This document shows positions 30,224-39,949 of a DNA stretch of 64,000 nt, piece by piece; position 1 is the first letter of the stretch, and the number at the start of each line of letters is the position of its first letter. This DNA comes from Methylocella sp. (GTDB taxonomy: Bacteria; Pseudomonadota; Alphaproteobacteria; Rhizobiales; Beijerinckiaceae). The stretch spans positions 1,207-65,206 of the forward strand of contig JBKQMI010000146.1 in the NCBI GenBank assembly GCA_052146775.1. The letters are read 5' to 3'. A program made the position numbers and the translations under genes. A model generated the notes under the pieces. The model did not search any database. It was not told the DNA's origin and saw nothing but the letters and a program-made list of their open reading frames with translations.

Positions 30224-32623
30224 TTAAGCGGAATCGCCTAGTGGCGAGGCGGAAAGCGCCTCCTCGCTTTTTGGCGCGGGCGGAAAGCGCGTGACCGGTT
30301 CCGCTCGCCGCAAAAGACGGGCGGCGGCGACCGCCGCCTGGCCCAGCGCGAGGCCGCCGTCATTGGCCGGCGCATCGGCTCCCGTCAGCGCCTCAAGACC
30401 GATTTCGCGAAGCCGCCGCGACGTCGCCTCCAGCAGGCGCGCATTCTGGAATACGCCCCCCGACAGTGCGACGACGCCGATGTTCCCGGCCCGCGCGATC
30501 GCGCCGGCGGCGTTTGCGAAGGCCGCCGCCACGCCGTCATGAAACCGGGTCGCGATGATCGCCGCCGGCGCGCCCGCGGCGCGGTCCGCGAGGGCGGCTC
30601 GCCACAGCGGCGCGGGGTCCAGTTCCAGCAGGCCCTCCGAGGAGGTTGCGGCGAGGGCGTAGGGCTCCCCCTGCCCCGCCGCTTCGCCAGCGCAGGCTTC
30701 GAGCGCCATGGCTGCTTCGCCTTCGAAGCTGAGGCGGTCGGGCGCAAGGCCAAGCAGCGCGGCCATGGCGTCGAACAGCCGCCCGGCGGAGCTGGCGAGC
30801 GGCGCGTTAAGGCCCTTGGCGATCATCGCGCGAAGGGTCGCCGCCGGCTTGCCCACGAAAAGATCGGGCGGGACGCTCTGAGGCCCCAGAGCGGCGTCAA
30901 GATGCGCGAGCAGGACCCGCCACGGCTCGCGGCTCGCCGCGTCGCCGCCGGCCAAAGGGATCGGACGCAGGCGCCCGCGGCGCACGCTCGTCTCATAGTC
31001 GCAAAGGAGGATTTCCGCCCCCCAGAGGGCGCCGTCCGCGCCAAATCCAAGCCCATCCAGCGCGATGCCCACGACTTTCCCCTGGTCGCGGCGCCAGCCG
31101 TTCTCCGCCAGCACGGCGGCGATATGGGCATGGTGATGCTGCACGGCGATCAGCGGCAGGTTGCGCGCTTCCGCCAGTCCCGAACCATAGCGCGTGGCGC
31201 GGAGGCCAGGATGCATGTCCACGGCGACCGCCGCCGGGTTGTGACCGAACAGAGCCGCGTAATCGGCGAGGGCGGTCTCGAACGCGTCGCCCGTCGCCGG
31301 CTCGTCGAGGTCGCCGAGATGGTGCGTCAGCAGGGCCTTGCGCCCATGCGTCAGGCAGGCGGCGCTCTTCAGCTCCCCGCCGAGGGCCAGCACCGGCGGC
31401 GCATCCGCAAAGTCCGCGGGGAGGTCGCGCGGCAGCGGCGCGAGGCCCCGTCCCCGGCGCAGCACCCGCATCCGCCCGTCGATCAGCCGGACGACGGAAT
31501 CATCGAGGCGCCGGGCGATCGGCCGGTCATGCGACAGGAAACCATCGACGATGCCGGAGAGTTTTTCGCGCGCTTCCGCATCGCGAAATATTTGCGGCTC
31601 GCTGGAGCGGTTGCCGCTGGTCATGACCAATGGACTTCCGACCTTCGCCAGCAGCAGATGATGCAGCGGCGTATAGGGCAGCATCAAACCGACCGGACCT
31701 TGCCCTGGCGCTGCTTCCGGAGCGAGACGGGCGCCTCGGCGGCGCTTCAAAAGCACGATCGGCGCGGCGGGATGGGCGAGCGCTGCTTCCTCTTCCGGCC
31801 CGACATGACATAGCTCGCAGGCCTCCGCGACATCCGCCGCCATCACGGCCAGCGGCTTGGCGGGACGGAGCTTCCGCCGCCGCAACTCCCGCACCGCTTC
31901 CGGATTGGTCGCGTCGCAGGCGATGTGGAAGCCGCCAATCCCCTTTACCGCCAGGATTCGCCCGGCCCGCAGCCAGTCGGCGGCGGTCGAGATGCAGGCC
32001 GCGTCCGAGGCGCAAAGGGTCGCCTCATGCGCGAGGCGGGCGGCCGGCTCCCAGGCCAGATGCGGGCCGCACGCGGGACAGGCGATGGGCTGGGCATGGA
32101 AGCGGCGGTCCGCCGGGTCCTGATATTCCGCGCGGCACGCGGGGCAGAGGGCGAAGCCGCTCATCGTGGTGCGAATGCGGTCATAGGGCAGGCCCGCCAC
32201 GATGGAGAATCGCGGGCCGCAATCGGTGCAATTGGTGAAGGCGTATCCGAAGCGCCGGGCGGCGGGATCGGCGATCTCGGCGCGGCAGGCGGGACAGGCA
32301 GCGATATCCGGCACGACACCCACCGACACCGCGCCGGACGCGCTGCCAACGATGCGGAACTCGTCCCCCTCCGGCAGTTCGGCGGGGCGTCGTTCGATCC
32401 GCTCCACGCGGGCGAGCGCCGGCGCCTCGGCGCCCAGCGCATGCGTCAGCGCATCGAGGGCCGCAGGCGGACCGGCGGCGCGGATGAGCACGACATCGCC
32501 AAGGTTGCGCACCTCGCCGGCGAGGCCAAGGCGTTGGGCGAGGCGCCAGACGAAGGGCCGGAATCCCACCCCCTGCACGATGCCGCGAACAATGATTTCG
32601 ATCCCCTGCCGCTTTGCGGACAT
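30224..32623 (-). CDS. hypF: Carbamoyltransferase HypF
   Basis: G.VQGVGFRPFV, two CxxC-18-CxxC zinc fingers, KGIGGFH, QHHHAH, NDGGLALGQ; start reset to MSAKRQ. Confidence 0.95.
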   Translation of the reverse strand: MSAKRQGIEIIVRGIVQGVGFRPFVWRLAQRLGLAGEVRNLGDVVLIRAAGPPAALDALTHALGAEAPALARVERIERRPAELPEGDEFRIVGSASGAVSVGVVPDIAACPACRAEIADPAARRFGYAFTNCTDCGPRFSIVAGLPYDRIRTTMSGFALCPACRAEYQDPADRRFHAQPIACPACGPHLAWEPAARLAHEATLCASDAACISTAADWLRAGRILAVKGIGGFHIACDATNPEAVRELRRRKLRPAKPLAVMAADVAEACELCHVGPEEEAALAHPAAPIVLLKRRRGARLAPEAAPGQGPVGLMLPYTPLHHLLLAKVGSPLVMTSGNRSSEPQIFRDAEAREKLSGIVDGFLSHDRPIARRLDDSVVRLIDGRMRVLRRGRGLAPLPRDLPADFADAPPVLALGGELKSAACLTHGRKALLTHHLGDLDEPATGDAFETALADYAALFGHNPAAVAVDMHPGLRATRYGSGLAEARNLPLIAVQHHHAHIAAVLAENGWRRDQGKVVGIALDGLGFGADGALWGAEILLCDYETSVRRGRLRPIPLAGGDAASREPWRVLLAHLDAALGPQSVPPDLFVGKPAATLRAMIAKGLNAPLASSAGRLFDAMAALLGLAPDRLSFEGEAAMALEACAGEAAGQGEPYALAATSSEGLLELDPAPLWRAALADRAAGAPAAIIATRFHDGVAAAFANAAGAIARAGNIGVVALSGGVFQNARLLEATSRRLREIGLEALTGADAPANDGGLALGQAAVAAARLLRRAEPVTRFPPAPKSEEALSASPLGDSA

Positions 32624-32630
32624 CGCGCTC

Positions 32631-34115
32631 TCAATGCACCGTGCAGACCATGCACGGATCGAAAGACCGCACGATATGCTGAACGCTGAGAGGCGTCGTC
32701 TCGCCGGGATGCACGGCGGCGCCAACCAGCGCGGCTTCGAGCGGCCCCGCCGCGCCGGCCGCGTCGCGCGGCGAGAAGTTCCAGGTGGTCGGGGCGATGA
32801 TCTGGTAGCGGGCGATCTTGCCGCCCTCCACCTGCAGCCAATGTCCGAGCGCGCCGCGCGCCGCCTCGGTCAGTCCGGCGGCCTGTCCCTGCGCCGGCGT
32901 TTTCGCTTGCGCGCACCAGGGTCCGTCCGGCTCCAGCGCCCTTACCCAGCCTTCCATGGCGATGAGCGTGCGCGCGGTCTCCACGAGGCGCGCGATCACG
33001 CGGGCGAACGCGTTTCCGCCCGCGAACGCGACGAGATCCCGCACCAGCGGCTGTCCGTCGATCGCCTGCCGCGCCAGCGCGCCGGTCTCGAACGGGGCGC
33101 CGTTAAGGCGAGGCGCCTTGCACCAGCTGTAGCCTGTCTCGTCCTCGGCGTCGGGCGTGGTCGAACCCTCGAAGGGATGGTGGGACCGGCCGCGCTCCGT
33201 CATCCGGGCGAAGGTATGATCCTCGGCGATGCCGGCCGGATCGAAAGCCGCCGTCTTTCCGCCCGCGTAGGTCCCCCGCGGATAAAGCGGGCCGGCGTCG
33301 GAAGGGTAGGCCCCATAGCTCAGGAAACGGTCATAAGCCCGGCCAAGACGCTCCAGGCCGAGATCGGCGGCGATTTCCAGAAAAAGACGGAAGTCGCCGT
33401 CGGGGCCTCCGGCGCGCCAGCGGTCCAGCTCCTCGCGCGCGGCGAGCGCCGCCACGCGCTCCAGCTTCGCGCCAAAGAGCTGCTCCTCGAGGCTTGCGCG
33501 CACCGCGCCAAGGATCGCCAGCAGCCGCATCTTGTCGTGAGGCCCCGCGCGGCGCGTGACGCCGCCCGGCTGGATCGCGAGCGTATGCGGCCAGCGTCCC
33601 GCGAGCAGGCCGAGCACATGAAGGAGCGTCGCGCGCGTCTCAAGCATGCGCCGCGCCGCCGCGCCGCGCCCGGCCTTGAATCGCGCCTCCGCGCGCGCGA
33701 ACCAGGGCCGCTCGGCATAGGCCGCGCGGGCGAAATCGGGCATGAAAAAAATGTGGAAGTGGGTGAGGTGGTCCGCCACATTTTCGGTTGCGACGATGAG
33801 ATTGGTCGCGATGCGCCCGTTGGATGTCGGAGACAGCCCCTGAAGACCGGCCAGCGCCAGCGCGGCCGCCTGGGATTGCGAAACCGAACAAATGCCGCAG
33901 ATGCGCGGCGCGATGATCAGGGCGTCGCCCGGATCGCGCCCCTCAAGGATGCGCTCGAAGCCGCGAAACAGCGGGGCGGTCACGTAAGCCGCCGTCACCG
34001 CCCCATTCGCCACATCAAGGCGCACTTCGAGGTCGCCCTCGACCCGGTTGAACGGACCGACGACGAGACGCGTGACGCTCTCGCCTCTCGCGCCCTTTTC
34101 GTTCGCGCCGGTCAT
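32631..34115 (-). CDS. hupV: H2-sensing hydrogenase large subunit HupV/HoxC (group 2b)
   Basis: GPFNRVEGD, PRICGICS, ends DPCMVCTVH with no extension. Confidence 0.93.
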   Translation of the reverse strand: MTGANEKGARGESVTRLVVGPFNRVEGDLEVRLDVANGAVTAAYVTAPLFRGFERILEGRDPGDALIIAPRICGICSVSQSQAAALALAGLQGLSPTSNGRIATNLIVATENVADHLTHFHIFFMPDFARAAYAERPWFARAEARFKAGRGAAARRMLETRATLLHVLGLLAGRWPHTLAIQPGGVTRRAGPHDKMRLLAILGAVRASLEEQLFGAKLERVAALAAREELDRWRAGGPDGDFRLFLEIAADLGLERLGRAYDRFLSYGAYPSDAGPLYPRGTYAGGKTAAFDPAGIAEDHTFARMTERGRSHHPFEGSTTPDAEDETGYSWCKAPRLNGAPFETGALARQAIDGQPLVRDLVAFAGGNAFARVIARLVETARTLIAMEGWVRALEPDGPWCAQAKTPAQGQAAGLTEAARGALGHWLQVEGGKIARYQIIAPTTWNFSPRDAAGAAGPLEAALVGAAVHPGETTPLSVQHIVRSFDPCMVCTVH

Positions 34116-35113
34116 TTCCGCTTGAAGTCGCGCACGGTCGGGGCCATCGCCACGCGGTCGCTGACCGCGTTGCGCCGCAGCCGCTCCGGGGTCGCGGCTT
34201 TCGCCAATGAGGACAAGGCGACGAACCACGCCTTGGGCATGTCGGTCGGCAGGCCGACCGGGATTCCGGCGATCTTGGGCGTCGCCAAAAACGCATGGCC
34301 AGGCTCTTCGAATTCGGGCGCGGTGCAGTTGACGCAGGCATAGCCGCCTCGCGTGCAGGACCCCTCTCCGTTCCAGGCGCGCGTATTGCAGTCCGCATGG
34401 GCCTGCGTGCCGAGACAGCCGAGATGCTCCATCAGGCAGCCGAGGTCGGAGAGCTTCTCGGCGCTCGCCTTGTACTCATAGTATTCGTTGCGCGCGCAGC
34501 CGTGATGGACCAGTTGGTCGGCGTAGAAGCGGGGCCGGCGGTAGGCGTCGAGATCGGGCGCCGTCATGAGGCCGGCGGCGAGAAGCATCAAGGTCTCGGT
34601 GATCCAGCCCGGATGGGTCGGGCAGCCGGCCACGTTGATGACGGGCAGGCCGGCGCGCGAGCGGAACGCGGCGCCGAGCGCGCCGCCCTCCCTTCGCCCG
34701 TCATATTGCAGCCCGCAGGCGTCCGTGGGATTGACGCCGGCGGCTGTGACGCCGCCATAGGCGGCGCAGGAGCCGATCGCGACCACGTGCTGCGCCAGCG
34801 CGGCCAATTCGCGCGCCCAGTCGATGGTTGGCCGGCCGCCGAAGACATGGAACGTGCCGGCGCCATTTGGTCCGCGCAGCAAGGCGCCCTCGACGCACAG
34901 GGCGTCCAGCCGCAGCGCGCCGGACCGCACGCTTTCGAACAGCGCCAGCGCCTCGACGCCGGTTTCCTCCGAGAGGCTCGGATGCCAGAGCAAGCGGACG
35001 CCGGCGCTCTCCAGAGTAGCAGTGAGATCCGGGGCCTCGGCGCAGAGCAGCGACATGGTGCAGCCGCCGCATCCGCCCGACTGCAGCCAGAGGACGTTGA
35101 AGGCTTCGCTCAC
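34112..35113 (-). CDS. hupU: H2-sensing hydrogenase small subunit HupU/HoxB
   Basis: WLQSGGCGGC, no Tat signal, HHGC.RNE.YEYKASA, GLPTDMPKAWF tail. Confidence 0.93.
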   Translation of the reverse strand: MSEAFNVLWLQSGGCGGCTMSLLCAEAPDLTATLESAGVRLLWHPSLSEETGVEALALFESVRSGALRLDALCVEGALLRGPNGAGTFHVFGGRPTIDWARELAALAQHVVAIGSCAAYGGVTAAGVNPTDACGLQYDGRREGGALGAAFRSRAGLPVINVAGCPTHPGWITETLMLLAAGLMTAPDLDAYRRPRFYADQLVHHGCARNEYYEYKASAEKLSDLGCLMEHLGCLGTQAHADCNTRAWNGEGSCTRGGYACVNCTAPEFEEPGHAFLATPKIAGIPVGLPTDMPKAWFVALSSLAKAATPERLRRNAVSDRVAMAPTVRDFKRK

Positions 35114-36495
35114 AAACCGCCTCCCGTCTGCGCCACTGGGGCGGCGGGAAGCGTCAGCGTCATGACCGCGCCGCCCCCTTCGTGGTTGCCGGCCTCAAGG
35201 GCGCCGTCGTGCTCCTGCACGATGCGGTAACTGATCGAGAGGCCAAGGCCGGTGCCCTTGCCCACGGGCTTGGTGGTGAAGAAGGGATCGAAAATTCGCG
35301 AGGCGGTCTCGGCAGGGATGCCGGGGCCGGTGTCGCGCACCGTCACGACGATCCGATCGTCGAGCCGGCGGCCCTCAATCTCGAGTCGGCGCTCGGGGCG
35401 TCCCTCCATGGCGTCCACCGCGTTCTGGATCAGGTTCATCACCATTTGGTGGAGATGGCCCCGATGACCCACGACGGCGAGGCCCTCGGGCAGCGTGACG
35501 GCCGTCTCCACCACAAGCTTCTGCGCCTTGGCGACCCAGTCGAGGGCGGAGCGGACGAGGGCCGCCATGTCCACCGGTTCGCGCGCCTTCTTGCCGTCGG
35601 AGGAGAAGCGGCGCAGATCAGCGACGATGTCGCGGACGCGCTCCGCTCCCTCCAGCATCCCGGCGAGGGTCGGCGCCAACTCCGTCAAGGTGTGGTCGAT
35701 CTTCAGGCCCGCGCGCAGACTGGCCAGCTGGTCGGGCTCCGCGGCCCCATGCAGGGCGTCAAGATAGGAGGTCAGCCGCTCGCTGTATCGCTTCATGGCG
35801 TGGGCGTTGCCGTAGACGAACGAGATCGGATTGTTCAGCTCATGGGCGACGCCGGCGACCAACCGGCCGAGCGAGGCCATTTTCTCCGCCTGGATGAGTT
35901 GCTGCTGGGTCTGCTTCAGCCGCTCATGGGCGGCGGCGAGATCCCGATAGGCCTTGCGCAATTCGCCCATGGGGCGGCCCGTGAGGACCATGCCGACGGC
36001 GCGCCCGCGCGAATCGAAACGGATGGCGCCGTTGACCGAAACCGGAAACGGCCCTTCCGGCGTCGCAAAAGTAAAGTCCCGGTCGAGAATGCGCTGGCGC
36101 TTGGCGACGATGGCGAGAACGTCGCCGAAGCTGGTTGGCGAACCCGGCGCCAGCAGGTCCGCGAGCTTCAGCTCCAGCAACGCCGATCCGCAGCGGCCGA
36201 ACAGGCGTTCGGCTGCGACATTGACCTGCTCGATGCGCCCGGTCAGGTCGCAGGCGATCAGCACGTCGGTCATGGAGGCCATGACTCCGGCTATGAAAGC
36301 CTGGGCTTCCTCGAGGGCCTCGTTCTTGGTCTCGAGCTCCACCTGCTGGGTCAGCAGTTCGGCGTAGGTCTCGTCCATCTTGCGGATGACGGCGATCCAC
36401 GCCTGCTCGGCGTCCATGCCCTCTGTTTCATAGACGGCGAGGCTGCCGGCTGACGCCAGCGCCTTTTCGCGCGTTTGCTTCCTCGGCGTGGACAT
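35110..36495 (-). CDS. hupT: PAS histidine kinase HupT/HoxJ
   Basis: [45 protein letters not shown]; start uncertain (36495-36564). Confidence 0.9.
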   Translation of the reverse strand: MSTPRKQTREKALASAGSLAVYETEGMDAEQAWIAVIRKMDETYAELLTQQVELETKNEALEEAQAFIAGVMASMTDVLIACDLTGRIEQVNVAAERLFGRCGSALLELKLADLLAPGSPTSFGDVLAIVAKRQRILDRDFTFATPEGPFPVSVNGAIRFDSRGRAVGMVLTGRPMGELRKAYRDLAAAHERLKQTQQQLIQAEKMASLGRLVAGVAHELNNPISFVYGNAHAMKRYSERLTSYLDALHGAAEPDQLASLRAGLKIDHTLTELAPTLAGMLEGAERVRDIVADLRRFSSDGKKAREPVDMAALVRSALDWVAKAQKLVVETAVTLPEGLAVVGHRGHLHQMVMNLIQNAVDAMEGRPERRLEIEGRRLDDRIVVTVRDTGPGIPAETASRIFDPFFTTKPVGKGTGLGLSISYRIVQEHDGALEAGNHEGGGAVMTLTLPAAPVAQTGGGL

Positions 36496-36594
36496 GATGC
36501 GGACAGCCGCGGCTCGTTGCGGGGTCGCCATGGTAGACCCGTTCGGCCGGATTGAACATCTCACAGTCGAGGCGAATTTTTCTTGGCCGGAACG

Positions 36595-36711
36595 CTAGAG
36601 CATATTCCGATCAGATTGATTCAATCTGATCGACAAGAATATGCTCAAGCTTTTGAATCTGGAGCGATTTCTTATCGACCGAAGGGTCCATTCGGTCGGA
36701 AAGCGCTCTAG
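36595..36711. repeat. 117-bp palindromic MITE-like element, family A, copy 3 (CTAG...CTAG)
   Basis: Near-identical to copies 1 and 2, same orientation. Confidence 0.95.
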
Positions 36712-36802
36712 GACGCAGAGGTCGATGTCCCCTTCCAAAAGAGCCGGATGGCCCAGCCGAAATGTGAGGCGCCTCGAACAATCGAGCGCCGCAGCGACGC
36801 AT

Positions 36803-37111
36803 TCAGTTCGGGTTTTGGATCAAAATGGCTTCGAAGGAGTCGCGTTGAATGCGAAAGCGGCCGCGTCCGCCCGCAAAAACCTGATACTTCGAATCTTCGG
36901 CGCGGCAGAGCCGATAAAACCATTCTTGCCGCCCGAACTGCCGAGGAAGGGCGTCGATCGTGTTGACGGAGCCATCGGGATGGAAACGCACATTAATGCT
37001 CACCTCGTCGCGTTTCCCGCCGCCGGCGTTGATCGCCGCTTCAGAGCGAATGTCAACCACCGTATCGACGGCGTCCGCGACTGCGCAATCCCCCTCAAAT
37101 TCCGAAATCAT
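36803..37111 (-). CDS. Small hypothetical protein (102 aa)
   Basis: ATG with GGAGA RBS; globular-looking composition, VRFHPDG...EWF..L....YQ..AGGRG.FR. Confidence 0.65.
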   Translation of the reverse strand: MISEFEGDCAVADAVDTVVDIRSEAAINAGGGKRDEVSINVRFHPDGSVNTIDALPRQFGRQEWFYRLCRAEDSKYQVFAGGRGRFRIQRDSFEAILIQNPN

Positions 37112-37162
37112 TCAAATTCTCCACGCTGATCCCTTGGCGTCCGCGCCATCGAGCCCGCATTT

Positions 37163-37184
37163 AATATATCCAAGCTATATAACG
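37163..37184. promoter_or_regulatory. Candidate ModE box
   Basis: AATATA-N7-TATATAACG resembles TATATA-N6/7-TATATAACG; lies next to modE. Confidence 0.55.
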
Positions 37185-37280
37185 AGTCAACGCCGTCGCA
37201 GCAAAATGCGTATCCTCGAAAGACGGAATCAAAGACCGCGGCCCGGGCGAAATAAATTAATTCGCCGTCCGCATATTCAT

Positions 37281-37294
37281 TTGATCGCGATCAA
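37281..37294. promoter_or_regulatory. FNR/FixK box
   Basis: Perfect TTGAT-CGCG-ATCAA in a divergent intergenic region. Confidence 0.75.
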
Positions 37295-37521
37295 ACGAGA
37301 TCGAAATCCGCAGTTCATTGGCGCGGACGCTCCCCAAGGCATCCGGCGAAATGGCGCACGCATATTGGCGCGCGAGAGGCGTTGCGCGCTTTCAAAACGC
37401 GCTCCGCGGTTTTTCAGACAAGCCAACGTCCTTGGCGTCGTCCACGAAGCGCCCTAACATTGCCCGTTCGTCCGCCCCGTCCGGACCATGTCGCACCCAA
37501 TCACGGCGCAGAAAGACTTTT

Positions 37522-38316
37522 ATGCTGGCCAATCAGATCGACGCCCTGCTGAGCTTGCGGAGCGACGGACGGCTGCTCGTTGGGCGCGACCGCATCGCAC
37601 TGCTTGAAGCCGTGGTCGAGCATGGCAGCATGACCAAGGCGGCCAAAAACGCCGGCTTCAGCTATAAGGCGGCGTGGGACGCTGTCCAGGCGATCAACAA
37701 TCTGTTGCCCCGTCCGGCCTTCGTCACGCGTACGGGCGGCAAACGCGGCGGCGGCGCCGAAGTCACCGAAGAAGGCCGCAAGCTTATCGCCGCATTCCAC
37801 AGGCTTGAAGAGAAACTCGCCCGCATCTCCGGCGCGATCGCCGCCGAAGGCCTCGATAATTTTGACGATCTTTTGCTCTGGGGCCTCGCCGTCAAGATCA
37901 GCGTCCGCAACGCGTTTCGCTGCACGGTCGTTCAGATCGACGAAGATCCCGTCGATGCGACCGTGACCTTGCAGGTCTCCTCAGCCAACGATATTTCCGC
38001 CATCATCACCCATGCCGCCGCGGCGGACCTGCGCCTCGCACCTGGACGCAGCGTCGTCGCCCTGGTCAAGTCCTCCTTCGTGATGCTCGCGCCGCCCGGC
38101 GAAACGATCGGCGTTCAAGGCCGCAACAGACTTTTGGGACGAGCGACGCGTCGCGTCGACGGCGCCAACAACAGCGAGATTCAACTCGACATCGGCGACG
38201 GCAAGATTCTGACCGCCGTCGTGCCAAAGGATAGCGCCGAAGATTTGCGCATCGCGCCAGGCGACAGGCTCGCCGCCTTCTTCAACGCCTCCCACGTCAT
38301 CCTCGCCGCAGACTAA
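37522..38316 (+). CDS. modE: ModE-family molybdate-responsive regulator (wHTH plus two TOBE)
   Basis: RIALLEA...GS...AAK..G.SYK.AWD, GG..GGGA..T, SVRN, A.VK.S.V.L, GRN.L.G; start reset to MLANQI. Confidence 0.9.
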   Translation: MLANQIDALLSLRSDGRLLVGRDRIALLEAVVEHGSMTKAAKNAGFSYKAAWDAVQAINNLLPRPAFVTRTGGKRGGGAEVTEEGRKLIAAFHRLEEKLARISGAIAAEGLDNFDDLLLWGLAVKISVRNAFRCTVVQIDEDPVDATVTLQVSSANDISAIITHAAAADLRLAPGRSVVALVKSSFVMLAPPGETIGVQGRNRLLGRATRRVDGANNSEIQLDIGDGKILTAVVPKDSAEDLRIAPGDRLAAFFNASHVILAAD

Positions 38317-38393
38317 CATGGTGCGGAAAAAGGTAGGCTCACCGCATGGATCCCGCCAGATTTGCTCGAAAGCGAGCGCTTTGGCGGGCATGA

Positions 38394-38500
38394 TTAGGCC
38401 ACCGTCAGCAGTTTCGGCATCCTGACGAGGTGACAGGCGGCGGCGGTCAGGGTGAAGGTCCAGCCGGCCCGCGGGTTGCCGCAGTGGCGGGACCACGGTC
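38394..38500 (-). pseudogene. IS5-family transposase C-terminal remnant
   Basis: RHCGNPRAGWTFTLTAAACHLVRMPKLL* resembles the IS5 tail RG..RVGWxFTLxAAAYNLxRxPKLL. Confidence 0.7.
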
Positions 38501-38524
38501 GTCGCCTCGTCAAGACGGTCGATC

Positions 38525-38778
38525 CCATGGACGCCGAGTTCGCTCGCAACGGTTTTGCTCGGCACGCCATCCGCGCATCGAAGGATAACGCGACAGCGTT
38601 CGGACAAAGACCACGCCACACGATGGCGATGAACCTGTCGTTCGAGATAGGCCCGGTCATCCGAACTCGGAACCAAGGGAGCAATCGGACGCCCCGCCGC
38701 GTTGGCCTTAACCTCGCTCCCACTCTCATGGGAAAGCGCCATGCTGCGATGAAACGAACTTCAGTTCCTGATGACTAG
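38525..38778 (-). mobile_element. IS630-family left end and truncated transposase N-terminus
   Basis: GRPIAPLV.S.DDRAYLERQV.RHRVA.SLSERCRVILRCADG..SK.VA.ELGVH then cut off; minus-strand end TAGTCATCAGGAACTGAAGTTCGTTTCAT starting at TA. Confidence 0.75.
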
Positions 38779-39308
38779 CTTCCGACGGCGGTGCGCCGCC
38801 ACCAGAAAAACGCCGCGGCCAGTCCGATGACCGCGACCGCGATGAGCGTGACGAGCAGTGCCGATTGATCGAGCCACGCGATCGCGGGAACGCTGAGCGC
38901 CATGATGACGCCATTGGCGCCCATTCGCCATGAGCCGGTGTGAACGCCGGCGACGAAGGTGCCGAGCGCAAGCAGCAGCAGAATAGTAAGGCTCGTGTAG
39001 TCGCTGTTGGCGATCGCCTGCACGCTTGGCAGAAGCACCAGATTCATGGCGACGAGAAACGCGCCCCAATGCAGCGCCTGCGTCCAGATCAGCCGCCATC
39101 TCGCCCCCGCATCATAGGCGTGAGGCCAACCCGATGCGATGCAGACGACGGCGATGACCACCGCGAGGAAATCCCAATAGGCAAACTGCCGGTGGGCCAC
39201 GCTGGTGTAGGCGGCCCCGCCAAGGGTCAGCCCAAGGATAATGAGAAAGGGCAGCTCCTTGATCCAGAAGCCCGGCCCCGTCGGCGGCTCGCGGTGATAA
39301 TCGGTCAT
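38775..39308 (-). CDS. Hypothetical membrane protein, paralog 2 (about 5-6 TM)
   Basis: Hydrophobic; FWIKELPFLII..YWDF..RLIWTQALHW..FL.AMN..LLPSVQ; start reset to MTDYHR. Confidence 0.8.
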   Translation of the reverse strand: MTDYHREPPTGPGFWIKELPFLIILGLTLGGAAYTSVAHRQFAYWDFLAVVIAVVCIASGWPHAYDAGARWRLIWTQALHWGAFLVAMNLVLLPSVQAIANSDYTSLTILLLLALGTFVAGVHTGSWRMGANGVIMALSVPAIAWLDQSALLVTLIAVAVIGLAAAFFWWRRTAVGS

Positions 39309-39358
39309 GGCCTGTCGCCCACCCCATCCGTCCATTGCGGCCAAGCCGCCGCGCGTCT

Positions 39359-39949
39359 TCAGTCTCTTTTGCTCACGGCGACGGGCGAGCCCTGCGCGCG
39401 CTCCGCCTTCCGATGCCAGGAATAGACGACGCCAAGTCCGGCCAGAGCGACCACAAGGCCGAGGACGACCACGACCGCGCCCTGTTGCAGCCAGGCCTTG
39501 AGCGGAACGGAAATCGCCAGCACGACGCCGATGAAGGCGATCTGCCAGGACAGAATGTTTATTCCGGCGGTGACCGCCCCGAGCGCGAGCAGCAGGAGCA
39601 CGGCGACGCCGGTCGCCTCGGGGTTGAGCAGGCGCTGCACGCTCGGCAGCAGCGTCATGTTCATGGCGATCAGAAAGGAGGTCCAGTGCAGCGCCTGCGT
39701 CAGGATCAGACGGAAGCGCGCCTTGCCGCCGACCATCTCGGCCCAGGCGGTGGCGATCACGGAGACGCAGAGGACGAGCGCCATGAATTCCCAGTAGCCG
39801 ACGGGAGGCGCCCGCGAGACGGTCGTCATGCCGACGCCGATCAGCGTCAGGACCAGCACGATGAGATAGGGGAGCTCCCGCAGCCAGAAGCTCGCCTTGG
39901 GCGAAGGCGCGCGGCCTTCGAGGTCGCCGGCCAGTTCGGGTTCGCTCAT
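39359..39949 (-). CDS. Hypothetical membrane protein, paralog 1 (about 5-6 TM)
   Basis: FWLRELPYLIV..YWEF..RLILTQALHW..FL.AMN..LLPSVQ. Confidence 0.8.
   Translation of the reverse strand: MSEPELAGDLEGRAPSPKASFWLRELPYLIVLVLTLIGVGMTTVSRAPPVGYWEFMALVLCVSVIATAWAEMVGGKARFRLILTQALHWTSFLIAMNMTLLPSVQRLLNPEATGVAVLLLLALGAVTAGINILSWQIAFIGVVLAISVPLKAWLQQGAVVVVLGLVVALAGLGVVYSWHRKAERAQGSPVAVSKRD

Noticed and set aside
985-36711. Repeats as a CRISPR array
   Set aside because: 117-bp dispersed copies kilobases apart, no spacers, no cas genes
37318-37521. N-terminal extension of ModE and similar extensions of hypE, hypD, hupR, hypB, hupD and gcvT in the ORF track
   Set aside because: Upstream in-frame starts overlap neighbouring genes or regulatory RNA; family homology begins at the downstream ATG
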